Shown here: positions 22,349-30,874 of the stretch, in pieces
How the letters are laid out: each line of letters opens with the position of its first letter
Position numbering within the stretch: position 1 is the stretch's first letter
From: Sandaracinaceae bacterium
Lineage (GTDB): Bacteria > Myxococcota_A > Polyangia > Polyangiales > Sandaracinaceae
DNA length: 64,000 nucleotides
Direction: 5' to 3'
Assembly (NCBI GenBank): GCA_040218145.1
Contig: JAVJQK010000024.1
Location: 19,616-83,615 of the forward strand
Translations under genes and position numbers: made by a program
Notes under the pieces: generated by a model
Told to the model about the DNA's origin: nothing
The model's input: only the letters and a program-made list of their open reading frames with translations
The model's database searches: none

Positions 22349-23146
22349 ATGAGCGTGTTCAAGGACGACATCCTGGCCGGCAAGGTCGCCTTCGTGACGG
22401 GCGGCGGCTCGGGCATCTGCAAGGGCATCACCCGCGCGTTCATGGCGCACGGCGCGGACGCGGCGATCGTGGGGCGCAAGGCCGACCGCCTCGAGGCGGC
22501 CGCGAAGGAGCTGAGCGAGGAGACGGGCCGACGCTGCATCGCGACCCCGGCCGACGTGCGCGACCCGCAGGCGGTCGAGGCCGCGCTCGACGCCGCCATC
22601 GACCAGCTCGGCAAGGTCGACCTCGTCGTCAACGGCGCGGCCGGCAACTTCCTCTGTCCTGCCGCCACGCTCTCCTACAACGCGTTCAAGACCGTGCTCG
22701 ACATCGACACGGTCGGCACGTGGAACGTGACCCGCGCCGCCTTCGAGCGGGGGCTGCGCGACAACGGCGGCGTGATCCTGAACATCTCCGCGACGCTGCA
22801 CTACGCGGCGACGCCGCTCCAGACACACGCGTCCGCGGCCAAGGCGGCGGTGGACTCGCTGACCAAGAGCCTCGCGCTCGAGTGGGGCTCGATGGGGATC
22901 CGCGTCAACGCCATCGCGCCCGGGCCCATCGACGACACCGAGGGCATGACGCGCCTCGCGCCGCCGGACATGAAGGCGAAGCTCGAGAAGGCGATCCCGC
23001 TCGGGCGCTTCGGGCGGGTCGAGGACATCGCCAACGCGGCGCTGTTCCTGGCCAGCGACGCGGCGAGCTACGTGCACGGGGAGATCTTCGTGGTCGACGG
23101 AGGCGCCTGGCTCCCGGGCATGGGCGCCGCGTTCTCCATGGGCTGA
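22349..23146 (+). CDS. SDR-family oxidoreductase, 2,4-dienoyl-CoA reductase-like
   Basis: TGGGSGIC glycine motif. SDR catalytic region. DECR-like overall pattern. Confidence 0.75.
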   Translation: MSVFKDDILAGKVAFVTGGGSGICKGITRAFMAHGADAAIVGRKADRLEAAAKELSEETGRRCIATPADVRDPQAVEAALDAAIDQLGKVDLVVNGAAGNFLCPAATLSYNAFKTVLDIDTVGTWNVTRAAFERGLRDNGGVILNISATLHYAATPLQTHASAAKAAVDSLTKSLALEWGSMGIRVNAIAPGPIDDTEGMTRLAPPDMKAKLEKAIPLGRFGRVEDIANAALFLASDAASYVHGEIFVVDGGAWLPGMGAAFSMG

Positions 23147-23261
23147 TCCGTGCGCTCGGCGCACACCGTGTGCAACGCGGGGCACACTCTGGCGCGTCGA
23201 TCGTGGGGAAGTCCGATCGGCACTGCTCTTGCGGTTCGAGGGGTCGAGCGGAGGGAGCACG

Positions 23262-23789
23262 ATGACCACGACAAGCCAGGGTACGACACTCGTCTGCGCG
23301 CTCGCGCTGGGGCTCGCGGCGGGCTGCAGCAGCTCGCACGAGCTCGGGGCCGGCCCCGAGGGCCGCGGCGCCGGCTCGGTCCGTGAGGGGCTGGTGCACT
23401 CGGAGTGGCTCAGCGGAGACATGGTCACCGTGGGGACCTTCGACGCGGACGCCCACCAGATCGAGACCTTCGACTCGGTCGTCACGCTGCACGTCGGTGC
23501 GCTCGGGGGGGACGACTTCGGCTGGGCGATGATCCAGCTCTCGCTCGGCGAGTACGCCTCCTTCGCGGAGGTGCCGCCGGGGACGACGCTCTCGAGTCGC
23601 GGCGCCGAGGTGTTCGCGCTCGGCTGCTCCGGACCCAGCCACGGCAACTGGGACTACGACGGTCCGGCGGACGAGGTGGAGGTTCAGGTGAGCGCGGGTC
23701 CGGAGCCCGGCAGCCGCCTGGTGAGCTTCACCGCGACCTACGACGGGGGCCAGCACGCCGAGGGCGGCTTCATCGTCGACGCGCGCTGA
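23262..23789 (+). CDS. Hypothetical lipoprotein
   Basis: RBS GGAGGGA. Lipobox LAAGC. Confidence 0.55.
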   Translation: MTTTSQGTTLVCALALGLAAGCSSSHELGAGPEGRGAGSVREGLVHSEWLSGDMVTVGTFDADAHQIETFDSVVTLHVGALGGDDFGWAMIQLSLGEYASFAEVPPGTTLSSRGAEVFALGCSGPSHGNWDYDGPADEVEVQVSAGPEPGSRLVSFTATYDGGQHAEGGFIVDAR

Positions 23790-23803
23790 GCGTCAGGTCG
23801 GCG

Positions 23804-24433
23804 TCACCGTCGGCGCAGGGCGTCGGCCAGGGTGAAGACGTGCGCGTCGTCCTCGCCCTGGTCGCGCAGCCACGCCTCGAGCCGCAGCAGATACTCGGCG
23901 TTGTCGCCGCTCGGGCCACGCGCCGCCGCGATCTGCGCCGCCATGTCCTCGAGCGGAGCCGGGCCGAGGAAGCTCGGGTTGTCGGCCGAGGCGAGGTAGA
24001 CGAGGCCGGGGAGGGTGTCGGGGGCGGCGGACAGCTCGACCTCGTGCCGCTCGTAGCCGCCCTTCTCGCGGTGGTCGAGCTGCGCGATGACGCTCTCCCA
24101 CACCGCCTCGCTCACCCGATACGCCATGCCCGCGGTGGTCGCGTCGGGGTCGTGGACCAGGGTGACCACCCGTCCGGGCGCGCCGGGCACGCCGCGGTGA
24201 TCGGTCGAGCCCTGCCAGAAGCGCCGCGCCCAGCCGTGCAGGCGCGCCGGGCGTCGCTCGAGGTGCTCGAAGGCGGGCCGCCAGACGAGCGAGCCGTAGC
24301 CGAAGATCCACCGCAGGGAGCTCACCCTCGCCGAATAGCGGGTGGCGACCCGACTCGCCACCGCGGCACGCCCAGGTGGCGGGAATCGTCGCCACTCCAT
24401 GGCGGTCATGTCGGGGTGAGGCGACGATGTCAC
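23804..24433 (-). CDS. ChaC-family gamma-glutamylcyclotransferase
   Basis: IFGYGSLVWRP signature. Start codon uncertain. Confidence 0.7.
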   Translation of the reverse strand: MTSSPHPDMTAMEWRRFPPPGRAAVASRVATRYSARVSSLRWIFGYGSLVWRPAFEHLERRPARLHGWARRFWQGSTDHRGVPGAPGRVVTLVHDPDATTAGMAYRVSEAVWESVIAQLDHREKGGYERHEVELSAAPDTLPGLVYLASADNPSFLGPAPLEDMAAQIAAARGPSGDNAEYLLRLEAWLRDQGEDDAHVFTLADALRRR

Positions 24434-24519
24434 GGTGTTTTCGGCCGGATCGGGCCTGAGACGCGGTCACGCTCCATGGCCCAATATTTGTATCAAAGTC
24501 CTCTCGGAGTGGAATTGAC

Positions 24520-25866
24520 ATGAGCGCAGCCGAGAAGACCCCCAAGAAGACCCCGCCGCCCATCCCGCGCGGGACGTTCTCCGACGTCGTGCCGGTCTCG
24601 CGCAGGGAGCGAGTGGAGGGGCCGGTGGACGTGCCCAAGCCGCCGCCGCTCCCCACGGGCCTCGCGTCGTCCGCGCCTCCGCCCATGCCGCCGAAGGCCG
24701 CCACGCTGCCGCCGGCGATCCCCTTCCTGCGCGTGCCGAAGCCGGTCCGCATGGTGACCGACGAGCCGTTCGCGAGCGAGCGGACGCCGATCCCCGACGA
24801 GCTCGACACGGTCCCCGAGGCGCTCGCGCCCGAGGAGGAGACCTTCGTGCGTCGGGTGCCCGCGCTGGACACGCTCGGCCTGGACGCCGACCTCGACGCC
24901 GAGCCGTCGACGCTCGATCTCGACACGACGCTGGACCTCGACGAGGAGCTCGACGCGCTCGACCCGCGTGGGTTCGTCGCGGACGCGCCCGCCGCCGACG
25001 CGGCGGAAGCGCTCTCGGAGGTGGACGAGGACGCGGAGACGCTCGATCTCGGCTCCAGCGATCGCGTCGATCTCGACGACCTCGTCGATCCTCTCGGGGG
25101 CCCGCGCGCGTCCCTCGCCCCCACCCTGTCGCCGCCGCCGCTCGTGTCGCCCCAGGGCGAAGAGCGCGACCGTCGCGGCGTCGTCTTCGCGTGGAGCCTC
25201 GCCGTCCTCGCGCTGGTCGCCGGCTTCGGCGTGACCGCATGGTGGGTGGGCGCCCGGAGCGCGGAGCGCGTCTCCGCGCCGGTCGCTACGGCCCCGAGCC
25301 CGGCCCCGGTCGCTTCCGAGCTGGAGTCTGCGGAGCCCGCCACGGTCGAGCCCGCCACCGTCGAGCCCGCCACCGTCGAGCCGAGCGTCGAGCCGGCCCT
25401 CGATACGGTGGTGGTCGAGCCGGTCGTGCTCGAAGCCGAGCCCGTCGCCGAGCCCCCGCGGCGCGTCCGGGCCACGCCCCGCGCGAGCGCGGCCAGCCCG
25501 CCCGCGGCCAGCCCGAGCGCGCCCAGCCAGACCGTCGAGGCTCGCCCGGCGCCTGAGCCGGTCGCCGCGCGCGCTCCCGCCCCGCGGCCCGCCTCGGCCG
25601 ACCTGCACGCGCTGCCGACCCGCGCCGAGATCCAGGCCGCGATGGAGAGCGCGCGCCCCTCGATCCAGCAGTGCGGCAGCCCCGCCACCAGCGGCTACGT
25701 GGCCAACATCCGCTTCACCTTCGTCAGCAGCGGCCGGCCCACCCACGCGGTGGTCGAAGGGGTCTCCGGTCAGACCGCGAGCTGCATCGCGCGCGCGGCC
25801 CGCGCCGTCCGCGTGCCGCCGTTCGCGAACGACCGCATGACGGTCCAGTTCCCCTTCTCCCTCTGA
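24520..25866 (+). CDS. Hypothetical Pro-rich single-pass membrane protein with TonB-C/AgmX-like C-terminal domain
   Basis: TM segment VVFAWSLAVLALVAGFGVTAWWV. Low-complexity EP/AP region. Conserved-looking C-terminal ~90 aa. Confidence 0.5.
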   Translation: MSAAEKTPKKTPPPIPRGTFSDVVPVSRRERVEGPVDVPKPPPLPTGLASSAPPPMPPKAATLPPAIPFLRVPKPVRMVTDEPFASERTPIPDELDTVPEALAPEEETFVRRVPALDTLGLDADLDAEPSTLDLDTTLDLDEELDALDPRGFVADAPAADAAEALSEVDEDAETLDLGSSDRVDLDDLVDPLGGPRASLAPTLSPPPLVSPQGEERDRRGVVFAWSLAVLALVAGFGVTAWWVGARSAERVSAPVATAPSPAPVASELESAEPATVEPATVEPATVEPSVEPALDTVVVEPVVLEAEPVAEPPRRVRATPRASAASPPAASPSAPSQTVEARPAPEPVAARAPAPRPASADLHALPTRAEIQAAMESARPSIQQCGSPATSGYVANIRFTFVSSGRPTHAVVEGVSGQTASCIARAARAVRVPPFANDRMTVQFPFSL

Positions 25867-25873
25867 CCGCCGA

Positions 25874-28800
25874 TCACTCGAGCTCGTAGTCGGCGTCGGG
25901 CACGATGCGCTCGGCGACGTCGCGGATGCTGCGGTTGATCTCGTCGAGCTGACGGCCCAGCCCGCTGAGGGTGCCGGTGACCCGGGTGACCGGGTCGTCC
26001 TCGCCGCCGCCCATGGTCTTGAGGCGCTTGTACTCGCGCTTGATCTCGTCCCAGCGCGCCTTCTGTTCCGCGCTCAGCCGGCCGCGCATCTCCGCGAGCT
26101 TGAGGAGGTTCTGCTCCGCGCCCGTGGTCAGCGTCTGGCTCTCGCCGCGATAGTGATCGTCGAGGAGCCGCTCGAGCTCTTCGTCGTTCATCGCGCTGAC
26201 CACCTTCTCGGCGAGCTTGTTCATGTTCCGGTAGCTGCCCTGCAGCTTGAAGGGCGGCTCGGTGCGGTAGTCGTCCTCCATCGAGGCCGACCGGATGTAC
26301 TCCGCGTTCACGCGGCTGAGCACGGCCTGCACCTGCAGGAGCTTCTGGAGCACCGAGACGGCCTCCTGTGACTCGACGGCGGACCAGTCGTGCTCGAAGG
26401 CGCTGCTCGCGACCTCGTCGCCGGAGCCCTGCGCCATCTTCACGAAGCGGTGCACGTCGTCGAGCGAGCGCGTGGCGATGGGGCCCAGCGTGGGGTTGCT
26501 CGTGAGCGCGTTCTCCACGTAGCTGAGCGCGAACTGCTCGCCCTTGCCCTCGAGGATGTCGCCGAGGTTGTAGGTGTCGGCGCGGTTGGCGAGCATGTCG
26601 GGGATCTGGAACTTGTCGCCGCTCTCCGTGTACGGGTTGCCGGCCATGATCACGCAGAAGCGCTTGCCGCGCAGATCGTAGGTGCGCGTCTCGCCGTTCC
26701 ACACGCCCTCGATCCGGCGCTGGCCGTCGCAGAGGCTGATGAACTTCTGCAGCAGCTCCGGGTGGGTGTGCTGGATGTCGTCGAGGTAGAGCATCACGTT
26801 GTTGCCCATCTCGAGCGCGAGGTTGATCTTGTCGACCTCCTGGCGCGCGGTGGCGTTCGGCGCCTCGGCCGGATCGATCGACGTGACCGCGTGGCCGAGC
26901 GAGGGCCCGTTCACCTTCACGAAGACCAGGCCGAGCTGGCTCGCGATGTACTCCATCAACGTCGTCTTGCCGTAGCCCGGCGGGCTGATGAGCAGGAGCA
27001 GGCCCATGCGGTCGGTGCGCGCGTCGGCGCCCGCGGTGCCGATCTGCTTGGCGAGGTTGTCGCCGATCATCGGCAGGTAGACCTCGTCGATCAGCCGGTT
27101 GCGCACGAACGAGCTCAGGACCCGCGGCATCAGCTCGCCGAGCCGGAGCTTGCGCTTCTCGCGCTCCGCCAGCTGGTGCCGCAGCTCGCGATACGCGCGG
27201 TAACGCGGCATGTGATGGTGCACGAAACGGTCGAGCCGCTCGAGCAGCTCGTCGAGCCGCAGCGTCATCGCGCCGCCTTCCACGCGCGGGTGCTGGCCCA
27301 GCAGCCCGTCGAGCTGCACCGTGCCGAGCGCGGCGCTGGTCTCCCGCGCGATGAGACCCTCGGTCACGAGCAGGGCCGCCGCCTCCTCGAGCGACGGCGT
27401 CAGCTCCTCGCGGCGCGCCGCGTCGGGGCCGGCCATCGAGTCGCTGCCGCGTGACAGGAAGGCCTCGATCCAGGCGCGCGCGAGGCTGAGCCGGTCGACG
27501 AGATCGACGTCCGCGCTCTTCAGCTCGTCCTCGAGCAGGCGCCGCGCGTTCTTCTTCTCGAGGTCGTGCCAGAGCGCGTCCTTCAGCTCCACCGCCTCCG
27601 CACTCGTGGTGAAGCGCAGCGCCTCGCGCATCAGCTCCGCCGCGAGGTAGCGGCTCGCGAGCGTGACCTCGCCCTCGGCCGGCGCGTGCCGCGGATCGCG
27701 TCCGAGCTGCTCGGCCTCGACGAAGCGCCCCAGCGCCGACTCGATCTCGGCCTCGAGCTCCGACACCGCGGCGCTCCGGCCGAAGGTGCGGCTGAGCCGG
27801 CCGAGGCTCGCGCCCACGCGCTGCAGGCGGCCGCGCAGGCGGTCGTCCTTGCACGCGGCCCAGAAGAGACAGGCCAGCGCGCGCGGCTGGGGCGGGAAGC
27901 GGAGCAGGCCGGCCGTACTCTCCATCGCGAGCAGCTTCTCGAGGATCCGCGTCGCGTCGGAGTCGTGCACGCCCCGGTCGTAGCCCTCGTCGTAGCGCTG
28001 CTGCGCCTCGCCGCGCACGAGCGCCGCGAGCCGCCCCTCGCGCACCGCCTCGTGCAGCGCGCCCACCGTTCCGTCGCGCTCCGCTCGGAAGAGGATCGTC
28101 GCCGCGAGCAGCTCGCCGCGGTAGACGTGTGGGCTCTCGCTGATCAGCGGCTGATCCCAGAGGTCCTTCATCTCGGCGAGGCGGGGGTCGTCGATGAGCT
28201 GGTAGAAGTCCGAGCCGGTCAGGTGGAAGGCGAGCCCCTCGCCCCGCGGCACGATGGTCAGCTCGAGCGGCTGCGTGTTCACGCCGAACCGGTGACGGCC
28301 GAGCTTGATGATGGAGTCGCCGTCCTCGAAGAGATCCTGCTTGTCGCGCAGAGTGCGCAGCGCGTCCTGACGCGCCGTCTTGAGCTTGGACGCGAGCTCC
28401 TCGGCGTGCACCGAGTCGCCGAGCTCCTGCAAGCGCTCGACGAGGTCGCGCAGCTTGAGCACCATCGCGTCCGAGGCGAACCACGCGTTGAGCGCGTCGG
28501 CGTCCGCGAAGGTGCGCGCGCGCCGGCCGACGCCCTCGAGGATGCGCTCGGCCGCGGTCACCAGGGTGCCGGCGCGCCGCTGCCGCTCGTCGAGGAGGAG
28601 CTGCTTCTTGCCCCCGAACGCCTCGTAGATCTCCTCGCGCTTGGTCGCGAGGTCGCCGACGAACTCCTCGAGCTCGCCGAAGCGGGCCTCGAGCTCCTCG
28701 AGCTGCACCATGAGGCGCGAGAGCTGCTCGTCGCACTGCTCGGGCGTCTCGCATCGGGCGAGCGCGCTCTGCACCGCCTGGCCGAGGAGCGCGAACTGGG

Positions 28801-30868
28801 CGCTGAATTCGGCGCGGCCTTCGCGCGTCAGCACCTCCCGCTTGCGGTTGGCGAGCGACGCGCGCACGCGGTTGAGCTGGGCGTAGACCTCGCCGATGCG
28901 CTCGAGGATCTGGGTGCGCGCGGTGGCGTCTTCGACCTGGAGGCCGCCGACGACCTCGCTCAGGACGTCGAGCCCGTCACCGATGCTCGTGACCTCCGCC
29001 TCGAGCTCCTTGAGGACCGCGCCTTTCTCCGCCGCCTCGATCTTGGCGAGCACCTCCTCGATGCGCTTCTTCAGGGGCGCGAGCGACGCGGGGTCCAGCA
29101 GGAACTCGACCGCCGCCCGGCTGATCTGCTCGAAGCGCTCGGTCGCCTCCTCCTCGAGCGCGGTCAGCGCCGCGAGATCCATGTAGCGGAGCTCGCGCAG
29201 GGTGATGAGGTGGCCGCGCCGCTTCCTGAGCGCGGTCAGCGCCTCCATGTACTTGCCGACCGCCTTCCACTCCTGGGGCCGCAGGGTGCGTAGGAGCTCG
29301 GTCTGCGTCTCGCGCGCGTCCTTCAGGGCGCTCGCGGCGCGGCCGCGAATGGTCTCGACCTTCTCGAACTCGTCGATGACGAGCTCCGCCGTCTGCCGCA
29401 GCCCGTGCAGCGTCTCGCCGAGGTTCGAGACGTCCGCGTGACCGAGCCAGTGGTAGGTGTCGAGGGTGCGGTTGCAGGCCGCGATCAGGTCCTCGAAGCC
29501 TTGCCGGGACGGCGTCTCCGGGGTCGCCAACCGGCGCACGGTGTAGGCGTCGCTGATCCCGCGCACGAGCTCGGCGTTGCCGATCTTCGTCAGGTAGCCG
29601 CCCTCGGCGGGCGCGGCGCGGTCCGCGTGCTCCACGCTCGAGAAGGGCGTCTGCCACACCTGCATCGGGTGCACGCGCACGGGCTCGTCGCCCACCACCC
29701 GGAAGCAGACCATCTTGCCATCCTCGAAGAGCGAGTAGCCGTGGCAGGGGATGGGGTTCTGGACCTCCTTGCGGATGAGGTTGTAGGGCAGGAGCTTGTA
29801 GAGCCCGTCCTCGCGGCGATGGAAGACGTAGAGCACGTCCTCGCCGTTGGGGCTGCGGATCGCGCGCTTGAGCTCGAGCCCCGCCGAGTCGCCCTCGAAG
29901 ATCTTCGTGTCGCCGCTCTGCAGGTAGTAGCCGCCGGGGAAGATGATCCCCTGGTCCTCGGGCAGGCGCAGGCAGGCCTCGCCGATGGCGTCGATGCGCG
30001 TGACGCGGTGGGTGCGGGTGTCGAAGACGAGGTAGCGCGTCTCGGTCTCGCGGTAGGGCAGGACGCGGAGCAGGTAGAGCCCGCCGACCTTGGCCCACGC
30101 GATCTCGGCGTCGTCGAGGGTCTGGTCCTGGTGCTCGACGGGCTCGCGGTAGACGCCCTCGCCGCTCTCGGTGCTGTCCTCGACCTTGATGGTGAGGTCG
30201 CCGTGCAGCGTCTCGACGAACAGCGCGCCGTCGACGTTCACGTGGGGGTAGCGCCCGGCCACGTGGTCGTCGCGGGTGATGGCGGTCCACGCGAAGTCGT
30301 GGCTCGGCGGGAAGACGTGGTGTCGCTCCCCGCGGTTGCCGAGGTAGGCGATCTTCCCGTCCGGCGCGACGCTCCAGTGGAAGACGCGCACGTCCTCGAC
30401 GGTCTCGCCGATCTGGAAGATGGCGAGGAGGTAGCCCGTCTCGGTCATGCGCAGCTGGATGAGCCGCGCCTTCTTGTAGTAGCGGTAGAGCTCCTCGAGC
30501 TCGCGCAGGAAGTCCGGGTGATCGAGCAGCCCCGGGGCGTCGCCGTGATCGAGCTCGAAGCCGTCCGCGCTCTCGCTCAGCGCGTGCACGCTGAAGACGT
30601 CGGCCGCGGTGGGCTCGCGCAGGTGCAGCACCACGTTGAAGCCGAAGAGGAGCCGGCCGCCCACCTGCACGATGTCGCGCGGGACGCAGTTGTTCTCGGT
30701 TCGGACGCGGGTGGTGCCCGCGATGGCGAGCTCCGAGCCGCCGAAGACGTCCTGGCGGCGCTCGTTGAGCCGACCGGCCTTCTCCGCGAGCACCTCGGCC
30801 TGCTTGGCCAGGCGCTCGCGGAGGACCTCATAGCTGCCGCCCTCGAGGGCTTCCTGCTCGTCCGACAA
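25874..30868 (-). CDS. Giant (1,664 aa) protein: N-terminal beta-rich region, central coiled coil, C-terminal MoxR/dynein-like AAA+ ATPase; co-operonic with flotillin
   Basis: Walker A PPGYGKTT. Walker B-like VMLYLDDIQ. TTG start 6 nt after the flotillin stop, with a GAGGAG RBS. Confidence 0.75.
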   Translation of the reverse strand: MSDEQEALEGGSYEVLRERLAKQAEVLAEKAGRLNERRQDVFGGSELAIAGTTRVRTENNCVPRDIVQVGGRLLFGFNVVLHLREPTAADVFSVHALSESADGFELDHGDAPGLLDHPDFLRELEELYRYYKKARLIQLRMTETGYLLAIFQIGETVEDVRVFHWSVAPDGKIAYLGNRGERHHVFPPSHDFAWTAITRDDHVAGRYPHVNVDGALFVETLHGDLTIKVEDSTESGEGVYREPVEHQDQTLDDAEIAWAKVGGLYLLRVLPYRETETRYLVFDTRTHRVTRIDAIGEACLRLPEDQGIIFPGGYYLQSGDTKIFEGDSAGLELKRAIRSPNGEDVLYVFHRREDGLYKLLPYNLIRKEVQNPIPCHGYSLFEDGKMVCFRVVGDEPVRVHPMQVWQTPFSSVEHADRAAPAEGGYLTKIGNAELVRGISDAYTVRRLATPETPSRQGFEDLIAACNRTLDTYHWLGHADVSNLGETLHGLRQTAELVIDEFEKVETIRGRAASALKDARETQTELLRTLRPQEWKAVGKYMEALTALRKRRGHLITLRELRYMDLAALTALEEEATERFEQISRAAVEFLLDPASLAPLKKRIEEVLAKIEAAEKGAVLKELEAEVTSIGDGLDVLSEVVGGLQVEDATARTQILERIGEVYAQLNRVRASLANRKREVLTREGRAEFSAQFALLGQAVQSALARCETPEQCDEQLSRLMVQLEELEARFGELEEFVGDLATKREEIYEAFGGKKQLLLDERQRRAGTLVTAAERILEGVGRRARTFADADALNAWFASDAMVLKLRDLVERLQELGDSVHAEELASKLKTARQDALRTLRDKQDLFEDGDSIIKLGRHRFGVNTQPLELTIVPRGEGLAFHLTGSDFYQLIDDPRLAEMKDLWDQPLISESPHVYRGELLAATILFRAERDGTVGALHEAVREGRLAALVRGEAQQRYDEGYDRGVHDSDATRILEKLLAMESTAGLLRFPPQPRALACLFWAACKDDRLRGRLQRVGASLGRLSRTFGRSAAVSELEAEIESALGRFVEAEQLGRDPRHAPAEGEVTLASRYLAAELMREALRFTTSAEAVELKDALWHDLEKKNARRLLEDELKSADVDLVDRLSLARAWIEAFLSRGSDSMAGPDAARREELTPSLEEAAALLVTEGLIARETSAALGTVQLDGLLGQHPRVEGGAMTLRLDELLERLDRFVHHHMPRYRAYRELRHQLAEREKRKLRLGELMPRVLSSFVRNRLIDEVYLPMIGDNLAKQIGTAGADARTDRMGLLLLISPPGYGKTTLMEYIASQLGLVFVKVNGPSLGHAVTSIDPAEAPNATARQEVDKINLALEMGNNVMLYLDDIQHTHPELLQKFISLCDGQRRIEGVWNGETRTYDLRGKRFCVIMAGNPYTESGDKFQIPDMLANRADTYNLGDILEGKGEQFALSYVENALTSNPTLGPIATRSLDDVHRFVKMAQGSGDEVASSAFEHDWSAVESQEAVSVLQKLLQVQAVLSRVNAEYIRSASMEDDYRTEPPFKLQGSYRNMNKLAEKVVSAMNDEELERLLDDHYRGESQTLTTGAEQNLLKLAEMRGRLSAEQKARWDEIKREYKRLKTMGGGEDDPVTRVTGTLSGLGRQLDEINRSIRDVAERIVPDADYELE

Positions 30869-30874
30869 CGCCGA

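Noticed and set aside
22175-23647. 490-aa minus-strand ORF overlapping the SDR and lipoprotein genes
   Set aside because: It is antisense to the DECR-like SDR (TGGGSGIC motif) and has no motifs of its own.
23793-25688. 631-aa and 417-aa minus-strand ORFs opposite the Pro-rich membrane protein gene
   Set aside because: They are antisense to a plus-strand ORF with a TM segment and conserved C-terminal domain. The compositions are Ser/Arg/Gly low-complexity.
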